Shown: one piece after another, positions 1 through 8,472 of the stretch | How positions within the stretch are numbered: position 1 is the stretch's first letter | Layout of the letters: every line of letters begins with the position of its first letter | DNA from: Deinococcus radiodurans R1 = ATCC 13939 = DSM 20539 | GTDB taxonomy: Bacteria > Deinococcota > Deinococci > Deinococcales > Deinococcaceae | DNA length: 32,000 nt | Direction: 5' to 3' | Assembly (NCBI RefSeq): GCF_000008565.1 | Contig: NC_000958.1 | Location: 30,001-62,000, forward strand | Notes under the pieces: model-generated | Seen by the model: only the letters and a program-made list of their open reading frames with translations | The model's database searches: none | Told to the model about the DNA's origin: nothing | Program-made: the position numbers and the translations under genes

Positions 1-1023
1 CCGGACATCAGCGGCTTCGAGGTTGCGCGGACGCTGCGTCAGAACCCTGCTCTCGGCGCCGTGCCCATCCTGATGGTGTCGGCGGCCCGGGTGGCCGATA
101 CGGACCGCGTCCTGGGTCTGGAAGGCGGCGCCGACGCCTACCTTACGCATCCCATTGACCCAGCGGTGCTGCTCGCCACCACCCGCGCCTTGTTGCGTGT
201 GCGCTTTGCTGAGGCCGAGCTGCGGCAACTGAACACGCAACTCGAGGAGAAAGTCGCGCGTCGCACCGTGGAGTTGCAGGAGCGCAGCGCCGCCCTGGAG
301 GCGCAGTCTGCTGAATTGGCCCGGCAGGGAGCCCGGCTGGCCGAGGTCAACAGCGACCTCGAGGCCTTCGCTTACTCCATTTCCCATGACCTGCGCTCCC
401 CAGTGCGGCACATCATGGGCTTTGCCAACCTGCTGGAGCGGCGACTGGGCGAAGGGCTAGACCCCCAGGTCCAGCGCTATCTGGACAACATCGGACGCTC
501 TGCCGAGACCATGAACACTTTGATTGACGCGCTGCTGGCCTTCTCACGCTTTGGGCTTCAGGAAATCAACCTGGGCCCAGTGAACCTTCAGGCGCTTTTC
601 GAGGACGTGCGGGCCGAGCAGACCCAGGATGTCCAGCAACGTCAGGTGGAATGGGAGGTGTCTTCCCTGCCGGTGGTGCAGGGTGACCGGCAACTGTTGC
701 GGCTGGTGCTCACGAATCTGCTCGGCAACGCGCTGAAGTACACCCGCACCCGTGACGTGGCCCGAATCACGGTCCATGCCGATGAGACCCCCGAGGCGTG
801 GACGATTTCTGTACAGGACAACGGTGTGGGCTTTGACCCGCGTTACCAGAATAAGCTGTTTGGGGTCTTCCAGCGGCTGCACTACCAGCACGAGTTCGAG
901 GGCACCGGCGTCGGCCTCGCCACTGTTCGCCGCATTATCACGCGGCACGGGGGCAATGTAACCGCTGCAAGCGCCGTGAATGAGGGGGCAAAGTTTACTT
1001 TTACGCTGCCCAAGTCGTCCTGA
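1..1023 (+). CDS. Hybrid sensor protein, 5'-truncated at the window edge: C-terminal half of a receiver domain, coiled-coil linker, then a HisKA + HATPase_c kinase core
   Basis: Frame 1 is open from nt 1; the ORF track only starts at an alternative start at 61. PDISGFEV..ILMVSA..GADAYLTHP matches the receiver beta3-alpha5 region, but the usually conserved Lys of the LxKP motif is His here. Kinase motifs: H-box FAYSISHDLRSP, N-box LLGNALKYT, G1 DNGVGF, G2 GTGVGL. TGA stop at 1021-1023. Confidence 0.85.
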   Translation, partial: PDISGFEVARTLRQNPALGAVPILMVSAARVADTDRVLGLEGGADAYLTHPIDPAVLLATTRALLRVRFAEAELRQLNTQLEEKVARRTVELQERSAALEAQSAELARQGARLAEVNSDLEAFAYSISHDLRSPVRHIMGFANLLERRLGEGLDPQVQRYLDNIGRSAETMNTLIDALLAFSRFGLQEINLGPVNLQALFEDVRAEQTQDVQQRQVEWEVSSLPVVQGDRQLLRLVLTNLLGNALKYTRTRDVARITVHADETPEAWTISVQDNGVGFDPRYQNKLFGVFQRLHYQHEFEGTGVGLATVRRIITRHGGNVTAASAVNEGAKFTFTLPKSS

Positions 1024-1133
1024 TTTTAGAGAGAGTAGGTGCGTTAAGCAGGTGGCCTGAGCATCGGGTCACTTGCTGTGCTGTTCCTCTTCAGAGCAGA
1101 CGATGCTTCCTAAAAACAGTTCAACATTCTCGC

Positions 1134-1184
1134 AGTTCCCACGATGGGAACTCGTTTGCTCTACCGGTTCCCATCGTGGGAACT
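1134..1184. promoter_or_regulatory. Pair of parS-like palindromes (candidate centromere sites) at the 3' end of parB
   Basis: Site 1 is AGTTCCCA-CGA-TGGGAACT (1134-1152). Site 2 is GTTCCCA-TCG-TGGGAAC (1167-1183). Site 2 is the reverse complement of site 1, 13 nt away, and overlaps the last parB codons. The arms resemble the GTTCC..GGAAC core of canonical parS. Confidence 0.5.
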
Positions 1185-2072
1185 GCTCTCTTCTGTCAAT
1201 TCTAGAAGTTGATCAATCAAACGCTCCGCTTGTAGACGGCGTTTGCCGCTGAGCCGTCTGAGCTGAGGAAGAGCGCTTTTAAGACGTTGATCGAGCGTCC
1301 TGTCGGGGACGGCGCCCCGCTTGAGCCGAGTCACTTCAAGGTGCAATTCAGCGGCGCTGAGTTGTCCCGTGACCAGCCGGTCAAGCAGTTGCCGACGCTC
1401 TTCGGTGTCAGGCAATTGGGCGAGGGGTGCCAGCGCACTGATGCCGTAGCGCCCTTCCAGAAGAACCTGCCTCTCGGCTGGATTGAGTTGTAGGAATTTG
1501 CCGTACCTCTGCGCGAAGGTGCTCACGCTGATGCCAAACGAACGGCGCAGCATGTCGCCAAGCCTCTCGGGGTCCAATCCCGTCTTCTTGATTCGGCCAG
1601 CCACCAGAACAGTCTGATCTTCGGGGACGTTCATGTGCCGGGCCACGGCGCGGATGGCAAGAAGGGCTTTGGCATCATTGGACAGGTCGGAGCGTTGAAG
1701 GTTTTCTTGCAACGCGAACTCATCAGCCTCTTCCGGGTTCATGTCCCGTACCAGCGCAGGAACGGCCACCAGGCCAGCGAGGCGGCTCGCATGCAGGCGC
1801 CGCTCTCCGGCCACCAGGATATATTTGCCGGTTGGCCCAGGGCGCAGAAGGAGAGGCTGGAGCAGCCCATTGCTTCTGATGGATTCAGTCAGGTCGTCCA
1901 GCGCCTGCGGCGTAAAGGGACTTTCGCTCTCAATCACGCTGCGAGGGTTGAAGCCAGGAATGACTTCAATTTCATCCAAAGCGATGACGCTGACGCCTTC
2001 GTGTTCATCCATCAGCTGCCGCAGGCTGAGAGGAGAAATGGCCGCTTTGGGGGGCGGCAACTTGCGGCTCAT
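1161..2072 (-). CDS. parB: ParB/Spo0J-family partition protein
   Basis: ParB N-terminal box LLQPLLLRPGPTGKYILVAGERRLHASRLAG. The ATG at 2072 overlaps the parA TGA (ATGA, 2069-2072), which suggests translational coupling. Confidence 0.9.
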   Translation of the reverse strand: MSRKLPPPKAAISPLSLRQLMDEHEGVSVIALDEIEVIPGFNPRSVIESESPFTPQALDDLTESIRSNGLLQPLLLRPGPTGKYILVAGERRLHASRLAGLVAVPALVRDMNPEEADEFALQENLQRSDLSNDAKALLAIRAVARHMNVPEDQTVLVAGRIKKTGLDPERLGDMLRRSFGISVSTFAQRYGKFLQLNPAERQVLLEGRYGISALAPLAQLPDTEERRQLLDRLVTGQLSAAELHLEVTRLKRGAVPDRTLDQRLKSALPQLRRLSGKRRLQAERLIDQLLELTEESSSHDGNR

Positions 2073-3019
2073 TGGGCGTCCTCAACTTGTTCCGTCGCCT
2101 TGACAAGAGCGTTGGCGAGCGTCCGGATGTCGCCTGCCAGGGGGCTTTTGGGGGCATGCCGGGTGATGCCGGTCCTGAACAGTTCCGCTTCCGGGCCGAT
2201 GGTGGCCTGCCGCACCGGTGGAGAAATTGGGGCGACTTCGGTGTAGGCGCTGATGCTCTGCAAGACGTTTTTTCCCATGCGGGTGCTGGTCACTTTATTC
2301 GGGATAAAAAAAGCAATCCTGGCCGAGCGGTCCTGTTTGCGTGCGAGCTTGACCAATCGCAGCAGCTCGTCGAGGTTTTCTAGACCCTTGTGCGCTCCGA
2401 TAGGCACCAGAAAGAGGCGCGCCGCCGCAGTCGAAGCCGTCAGGAGGGGAGAGACATTGGGCCGGGTGTCGAGAAGGATGAAGTCGTACTGGTCCTGAAT
2501 CCTGTCGAGCGCCTCACCCAGGTTTCCGAGCCGCATCATATTGGTCATGATGCGGGTGTCGGCATCGATCAGCTGCCGGTTGGCTGGCCAGACGTCGATA
2601 CCTTCGACGGTGACGGGAGATGGGAGGGCCGGATCGTCATCGACTTCGAACACCGGCAAGATCGTCTCGGCGCCGCTCTGATGGGCCCCCTCCTCGTCAT
2701 GCAGGCCGAACCGTTTGGTCAGGCTCGCCTGAGGGTCGCAGTCGAGCACGGCCACCCGGAACCCGAGGTCGGCGAGGGCAAAAGCGAGATGGAAGGTCAG
2801 AAAGGTCTTGCCTTCGCCCCCACTGACGTTGTTCAGAGCGATGCGGTGTCCCATAGCTTTCTCCTTGCGCGTGATCTGGTAGAGGTCGGCCAGGGGAACG
2901 AGGGCCGCAACCGGGCCACCATGCCGTTCAATGACGATGCGCTGACCTTGCAGCGCCTGCTCCAGATACTCGGCGATGTTGGCGCGAAACGCTCTCACCT
3001 GTACGCGATCAACATCCAT
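2069..3019 (-). CDS. parA: ParA-family partition ATPase with an in-frame N-terminal Phd/YefM-like domain
   Basis: ATPase core begins at MGHRIALNNVSGGEGKT (Met at 2854). It has an A' box VAVLDCDPQ and a Walker B FILLDTRP. Upstream and in frame, with no stop, is MDVDRVQVRAFRANIAEYLEQALQGQRIVIERHGGPVAALVPLADLYQI, which is Phd/YefM antitoxin-like. Candidate starts are ATG 3019 or ATG 3034; the 3205 start in the ORF track is unlikely. Confidence 0.85.
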   Translation of the reverse strand: MDVDRVQVRAFRANIAEYLEQALQGQRIVIERHGGPVAALVPLADLYQITRKEKAMGHRIALNNVSGGEGKTFLTFHLAFALADLGFRVAVLDCDPQASLTKRFGLHDEEGAHQSGAETILPVFEVDDDPALPSPVTVEGIDVWPANRQLIDADTRIMTNMMRLGNLGEALDRIQDQYDFILLDTRPNVSPLLTASTAAARLFLVPIGAHKGLENLDELLRLVKLARKQDRSARIAFFIPNKVTSTRMGKNVLQSISAYTEVAPISPPVRQATIGPEAELFRTGITRHAPKSPLAGDIRTLANALVKATEQVEDAQ

Positions 3020-3033
3020 GAGAAGAATGTACA

Positions 3034-3051
3034 TTTTTGTGTACACAAAAA
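3034..3051. promoter_or_regulatory. Perfect 18-bp palindrome TTTTTGTGTACACAAAAA at the 5' end of parA (candidate par operator)
   Basis: Checked by hand: the sequence equals its own reverse complement. It is AT-rich within a GC-rich background. It abuts or overlaps ATG 3034 and lies 15 nt upstream of ATG 3019. Confidence 0.5.
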
Positions 3052-3419
3052 CAATCGACTCTCTATGGGGGCACTGGGACAGACCGAAATGACGTCGCTC
3101 CGCCGGATTCTTTTGATGTCTATAGCACTTATCTGTTCGCGCAAAACGATGGATTTGGCAGGCAGGTTGCTGGGTCCGGCGGCCAGCGAAGGTGTCACGC
3201 CGCATGCGCCCAGACTTAACCTCATAGGAGTCACGATAGTCAGGGGAAAGCTAACGATCATGGTGTCGTAGCTCCTCAGGGATAAACGCTTTCCCAGTCG
3301 TGAGGCTCAACTCCCTTGAAGCGGGACAGATGCTCTGTAGGCCAGGATGTGTCTTTAATAGGACACTCCGCTACGAGCGAGATCAGATTGTTGGGCGTGA
3401 TCTCGAGAGACACGACAGT

Positions 3420-3917
3420 TTATTGAATGATGATGCCACCGGCAGGTTGCATCTGCTTGTCGGTTATTAGACGGTAAGTGGGCGTGGGGGCCTGACCTGA
3501 CAGTTCCTTAGGAAGTGAGTGGGTCAAACCGCTGGCATAGAATCCTTGCCAGTCGAGCTGATTGGACGTTCGGTGGGTCAGCAGCAACTGTAACGTGTTG
3601 TAGGCGTAGGCGCCCATGCGGATTTCGGTGCCGGGGGAGAATTTACGCTGTTGGATCTGAGTAATGAGCAACTCGAGCCTCATGGCGAGCCGGCCTGCAA
3701 TAAATGGATCTGACGCAGGACTTCTCTGTGCAGGGGTCACATCGACATTCTGTTCCTTTTTTGATGGAACCAAAACACAGGGTTCGGTACGACTTCCGGT
3801 AGGTGTTGCCGGATCCCTCCTGAGCAGTGCTACAACTTCTTCTAACTTGTGACTGAAGCATGAATCCGAGGTGGCCGATGAAGAAAAAACAGTTTCTCCT
3901 GCTGTCAGGGACAGCAC
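3420..3917 (-). CDS. Hypothetical protein; weak call with uncertain start (alternative ATG at 3683)
   Basis: ORF in a visibly lower-G+C patch, with no motif I recognise and no clear Shine-Dalgarno (SD) sequence. The full-length version would overlap the 5' end of the divergent esterase-BVMO gene. Confidence 0.3.
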   Translation of the reverse strand: MLSLTAGETVFSSSATSDSCFSHKLEEVVALLRRDPATPTGSRTEPCVLVPSKKEQNVDVTPAQRSPASDPFIAGRLAMRLELLITQIQQRKFSPGTEIRMGAYAYNTLQLLLTHRTSNQLDWQGFYASGLTHSLPKELSGQAPTPTYRLITDKQMQPAGGIIIQ

Positions 3918-6379
3918 TGGCGGCGGCGTGGCTCAACTCTAAACGCGCCCGCACCGCCGCTCAGGTGCCTGCCGACCTCCGCTCTGCACTCACCATCTTC
4001 CGTACGCCGTCCTACACGCCTGGGAATTTGCGCCTGCTGCGCTCTGGCACACTGAAAGCCAGCGAAATTCACCCTGACGTACAGGTCAGGCATGAGACCA
4101 TTCCCGGCCCGCCCGGAGCGCCAGCCGTTCCCGTCTTCGTGTACCTGCCCCGTCAGCGGCAAGGGGTGACTCCGGCTCTGTTTTACACGCATGGGGGCGG
4201 CTTCATCGCCCATTCTGCTGCGTTTTATCACCGCGTCTGTTCAGGGTACGCCGCGGCGCTCGGCGTCCCTGTGATCAGTCCCGACTACCGCTTGGCACCG
4301 GAAACGCCTTTTCCCGGCCCGCTCGAAGACGTGTACGCTGCGCTGAAATGGACGTTCACCCAGGCCGCGCCTCTGAGCATTGACCCAGAGCGCGTCGCTC
4401 TCGCGGGTGAGAGTGCAGGTGGAGGTCTCACCGCGTGCCTCGCACAACTGGCCCATGACCGGGGCGAGGTCCGGCCCGCCTTTCAGGCCCTCATCTGCCC
4501 GATGTTAGATGAACGCACGGTCCTCAAAACCGACTGGCAAGGTCGCGGCGAGTTCGTCTGGACACCGACGTCCAATCTCACGGGCTGGTCGTCTTACCTG
4601 GGATTCAGACCCGGCACCCAGACCCCGCCGCCCTATGCGGTGGCCGCCCGGCGCGAGGATCTGAGCGGCCTGCCGCCCGCCTGGATCGGCACGAGCGACC
4701 TTGATCTGTTCTACGACGAGAACCGTGAGTATGCTCGGCGTTTAATGGCGGCAGGCGTGCCCTGCGAGTGGGCTGAGGTCGCGGGCGGCTATCACGGGTT
4801 TCATCTCCTGAAGCCGGAGGCCGAAGCCTCACGGCAATTCAATACGAGTTTCCTGAGTGCGCTCCGGCGGGCGCTGGGGTTGCCGGATCAGAACACAGAC
4901 GCACTTCCCCGTGTAAATACCACGCCGCCCACGCAGGCCGCAGCGCTGGACGTTCTGATTATCGGCGCTGGGCTATCGGGAATCGGCGCGGCGCATCACC
5001 TCAAGACAAAAAATCCTGGCAAGACGTTTGAGATTCTGGAAGCCCGGCAGGCTATGGGGGGCACCTGGGACCTCTTCCGCTATCCCGGTGTCCGCTCGGA
5101 TTCGGACGTTTTCACGCTGGGCTACAGCTTCAAGCCCTGGCTGGGGCGCAAGTCCATTGCCGACGGCGGGGATATTCGCCAGTACATTCAGGACGCGGCA
5201 GATGAGGGCGGAATCACACCCCATATCCGCTTTGGGCACAGGGTCAAGAGTGCCGAATGGTCGTCGGAAGAAAGCCTTTGGACCGTGACCGCTGAACAGG
5301 AGGACGGCACGCCTGTTCTCCGACAGGCGAAATTCCTGTTCCTGTGTAGCGGCTATTACAGCTACGACGAAGCCCACCGTCCAGAGTTTCCAGGCGAGGC
5401 CAGCTTTCAAGGTCAAATCATCCATCCGCAGTTCTGGCCCGAAGATGTGGACTACAGCGGCAAACGAGTCGTGGTGATCGGCAGCGGCGCGACCGCGGTG
5501 ACGCTGGTTCCGGCGATGACCGACAAGGCCGCGCACGTCACGATGCTGCAACGCTCGCCGTCACATATCGCCGTGCGACCGCTGGTGGACGGGACCGCTG
5601 CCGCCTTTCAGAAGTGGTTGCCGGCGCCCGTCGCCCATGGCGTGACCCGCTGGAAAAATGTCCTGAGCAGCATTTTCTACTACCAGATTGCCAGAAAAGC
5701 CCCCGACCTGTTCATGAGGGGCCTGCTGGACGAAGCGCAAAAACATCTGGGTGAACGCTTTAACCCGGCAGACTTTACCCCCAGCTACAAGCCCTGGGAC
5801 CAGCGGGTGTGCGCCATTCCTGACGCTGACCTGTTCCAGGCCATTCGGGACGGCAAAGCGTCGGTGTTGACAGAGACCATTCAAACTTTTACGCCGCACG
5901 GCATCCGGCTGACCGGTGGGCAGGAGCTTCCGGCAGACATTATCGTGACGGCCACGGGCCTGAAGATGAACGTGCTGGGGGACATCGAGTTTGCGCTCGA
6001 CGGGCGTCCGGTAGACCTCTCGCAGACGCTGATCTACAAGGGGATGATGCTTTCAAGCCTCCCGAACTTCGCTTATGCTTTCGGCTATACCAACTCGTCG
6101 TGGACGCTCAAAGCCGAGCTCACTGCTGACTATGTCTGTCGCCTGCTGACTTATATGGACAGGCACGCTTTCCGCGCCGTCTCGCCGCAAGCTGACTCTG
6201 ACCTGGGGGAGCGCCCCCTTCTGGATCTCAACTCAGGGTACGTGACGCGCAGCCTGGACGTGCTGCCAAAGCAGGGGTCAAAGCAGCCCTGGCAGGTCTA
6301 TCAGAACTACCTGCTGGACAAATACGCCATTCAGGTCGCGCCGATCAATGATGGGACGCTGCGGTTTATGAGAAGGTAG
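3878..6379 (+). CDS. Fusion protein: alpha/beta-hydrolase (HSL-family esterase/lipase) N-terminal domain plus EthA-type flavin Baeyer-Villiger monooxygenase C-terminal domain
   Basis: Esterase motifs: HGGGF oxyanion motif (about 4190) and GESAGG nucleophile elbow (about 4405). A linker lies at about 4880-4945. BVMO motifs: FAD Rossmann motif VLIIGAGLSGIGAA, GGTWDLFRYPGVRSDSD, fingerprint FQGQIIHPQFWP (FxGxxxHxxxW[P/D], about 5404-5439), and a second Rossmann motif VVVIGSGATAV. Start is ATG 3860, ATG 3878 or GTG about 3964. Confidence 0.85.
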   Translation: MKKKQFLLLSGTALAAAWLNSKRARTAAQVPADLRSALTIFRTPSYTPGNLRLLRSGTLKASEIHPDVQVRHETIPGPPGAPAVPVFVYLPRQRQGVTPALFYTHGGGFIAHSAAFYHRVCSGYAAALGVPVISPDYRLAPETPFPGPLEDVYAALKWTFTQAAPLSIDPERVALAGESAGGGLTACLAQLAHDRGEVRPAFQALICPMLDERTVLKTDWQGRGEFVWTPTSNLTGWSSYLGFRPGTQTPPPYAVAARREDLSGLPPAWIGTSDLDLFYDENREYARRLMAAGVPCEWAEVAGGYHGFHLLKPEAEASRQFNTSFLSALRRALGLPDQNTDALPRVNTTPPTQAAALDVLIIGAGLSGIGAAHHLKTKNPGKTFEILEARQAMGGTWDLFRYPGVRSDSDVFTLGYSFKPWLGRKSIADGGDIRQYIQDAADEGGITPHIRFGHRVKSAEWSSEESLWTVTAEQEDGTPVLRQAKFLFLCSGYYSYDEAHRPEFPGEASFQGQIIHPQFWPEDVDYSGKRVVVIGSGATAVTLVPAMTDKAAHVTMLQRSPSHIAVRPLVDGTAAAFQKWLPAPVAHGVTRWKNVLSSIFYYQIARKAPDLFMRGLLDEAQKHLGERFNPADFTPSYKPWDQRVCAIPDADLFQAIRDGKASVLTETIQTFTPHGIRLTGGQELPADIIVTATGLKMNVLGDIEFALDGRPVDLSQTLIYKGMMLSSLPNFAYAFGYTNSSWTLKAELTADYVCRLLTYMDRHAFRAVSPQADSDLGERPLLDLNSGYVTRSLDVLPKQGSKQPWQVYQNYLLDKYAIQVAPINDGTLRFMRR

Positions 6380-6400
6380 GTTGCTGGACTGGGTCAACCC

Positions 6401-8176
6401 CTATGCACGGGAATGTATAGAAGCTGGCTGCGGCAGAGTGCGGTTGCGGCCCTCGCGCTTGGCCTGATAGAGATGTTCGTCAGCCTTCAGCAGCAGTTGA
6501 GGAAGGTCGGCAGGCACCCCGGTGGCAAACCCTATGCTGACCGTGACGCCGCGCTGAGCCGCGATGCCGCTCCAGTCATGGTCGCGAATCAACTCGCGGC
6601 AATCTTCAAACAGTTGCCAGGCGGTGCGCTCTTCATTCACGGAAGCGACCAGGACAAACTCCTCGCCTCCGTAGCGGCCCAGCAGGCTGGGAGTGGGGGA
6701 GAGCGCAATCTGTTGCAAAAGTGCGGCCAAGCAGCGCAGCACCTCGTCTCCTGTAGCGTGGGAGAATTCGTCGTTGAATGATTTGAAGTGGTCGATATCG
6801 ATAAATCCCACGGCGATCTGCTCCGCCTGTTGTGTGGCGGACCATTCCCCACTCTGCTGTAAGGCACTGAGTCCTTCATCCAGCCCCCGCCGGTTCAGCA
6901 CGCCAGTGAGCGCGTCCTGCCGGGCGAGAATGTCGGCCTGACGCAACCGCTCCTGCCAGTCTACGTCGCGGGCGTCCTCCCTTTTAAGACGCTCGTGAAG
7001 CAAGCGCCGCTGCTGAGCGAATTCGCTGAGCCGTTTGAACGAAGTCTGGGATTCCTGCAAAGACTGCTGGGTGGTGCGGTAAGCCGACTGGTAGTCACCC
7101 TGACGGGCGTAAAGATCAGCTATCCCGTTTAAGGCCCGCTGAGCCTCGCGGAGACGGCCTTGCCCCTGCGAGATGTTCAGGCAGATCTGGTACTGCTGGA
7201 TCGCCAGGTCCCATCTTTCCTACATGCTGTATGCCTCGGCCAGACAAAAGTGGGCGTAGGCAGAAACCCAGGTATCGCTGTGGGTGCCGAATTCAATGGC
7301 GGCCTCGCCATACTGAACAGCAAGCGCCGGCTCACCGCTGAGCATAAAGAACTGTGCCTGATGAGCACGAATGACCATCTCGAAGGGCGGTTTGTCGCTG
7401 CAAAAGTGCGTATTCGTCAGACACCAATCAAGGTGAGTCTGTGCAGCGCTCAGGGCATCCTGCATGGCCTGATCTCTTCCCAGCCGCTCCGCTTCACGCG
7501 CCTGAAGCAGCTTGACATGAAGGCGATTTTCGTAGAGGTAAAAGATATGGTTTTGCCGCAACTGCGCGTCGTCGGTCATGTGCAATTGTTCGGCCAGCAA
7601 ATTCAGGTGGTGCTCGGCGGACTCCAACTCTTCACTCAGAATCTCCAGCCAGGCAATGTTGATGTAACACATCAAGAGCTGCTTGACGTCACCTCTCAGC
7701 TCGGCCAACTCAAGCGCCTCCTGAAGATCAGCCCTGGCTCCCATCTCGTCGCCCAGCCAAAAGCGGGGAAGGGCGCGGGTGTTGAGCAGGCGGCACTGCC
7801 AGTCCTGTAGGCCTCGCTGCGTCGCGAGGTTGAATGCCTTATCGCAGTATTCCAGCGAGTAAGCGTAGTCATTGAGGTTGGCCCTGACCCAGGCGAGGGT
7901 ATTGAGCGCCTGGATGGTCACGAGGTCCGCTTGCTCCGCGTGCTTTTCCCGTTCGTCGTCCTGGAACACTTCCTCCAGCGCCAGCTCGCTCAGTTGTTGA
8001 GACAGCGCCAGATCGCTCTTTCTGATGGTCTCACTGAGGTTTTGCAGCAGGGTTGCCCGTTGTGTTCCTGATCCTGCGGTCTGCCACTCGGCCCACCATG
8101 CTGAAGAAAGCAGCGCCGGCTGCACCCTGGCCAACAAGGCGTTGATTTCCGGTGGCTCAGCCAGGGGAGAGGACAT
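6401..8176 (-). pseudogene. TPR-repeat / GGDEF diguanylate cyclase interrupted by an in-frame TAG stop at 7220-7222
   Basis: ORFs 7220-8176 (TPR-like) and 6401-7060 (GGEEF motif RYGGEEFVLV) are in the same frame. My hand translation of 7061-7219 gives ERWDLAIQQYQICLNISQGQGRLREAQRALNGIADLYARQGDYQSAYRTTQQSL. That is continuous TPR-like sequence joining the two parts. Confidence 0.8.
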
Positions 8177-8304
8177 ATCTTGGACAGAGTATAAGAATCA
8201 TAGGGACCAAGAACGTAGGGTAAGAATGGGGCACTTCAAGGACCGTGTAGAGGCCTCTTTCCCAGCACAAAAGGGGACAACTTCGATTTGAATTTGTCGC
8301 AACC

Positions 8305-8352
8305 GGGGAAAACCATCAGTCGCTTCCATCAAGTTTGATAGGAGCGACTGAT
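8305..8352 (-). terminator. Stem-loop followed by a short U-tract downstream of the SDR gene
   Basis: Two 10-bp perfect arms, ATCAGTCGCT (8315-8324) and AGCGACTGAT (8343-8352), with an inner ATCAA/TTGAT pairing. On the minus strand the stem is followed by GGTTTTCCCC. Confidence 0.4.
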
Positions 8353-8472
8353 CACGGTCTCCTGAAAGTTTGGAATCCACAGAATCCGCTGGAGCCATTG
8401 CCAGTCCACTTCGGCTTGAATTGTCAAAATGGACTGGCCAATCGGTAGGGAAAAGGCCACCAGCGCGCCGCT

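Noticed and set aside
2390-3271. 293-aa plus-strand ORF opposite parA
   Set aside because: It is antisense to a well-supported ParA gene and its translation has no recognisable features.
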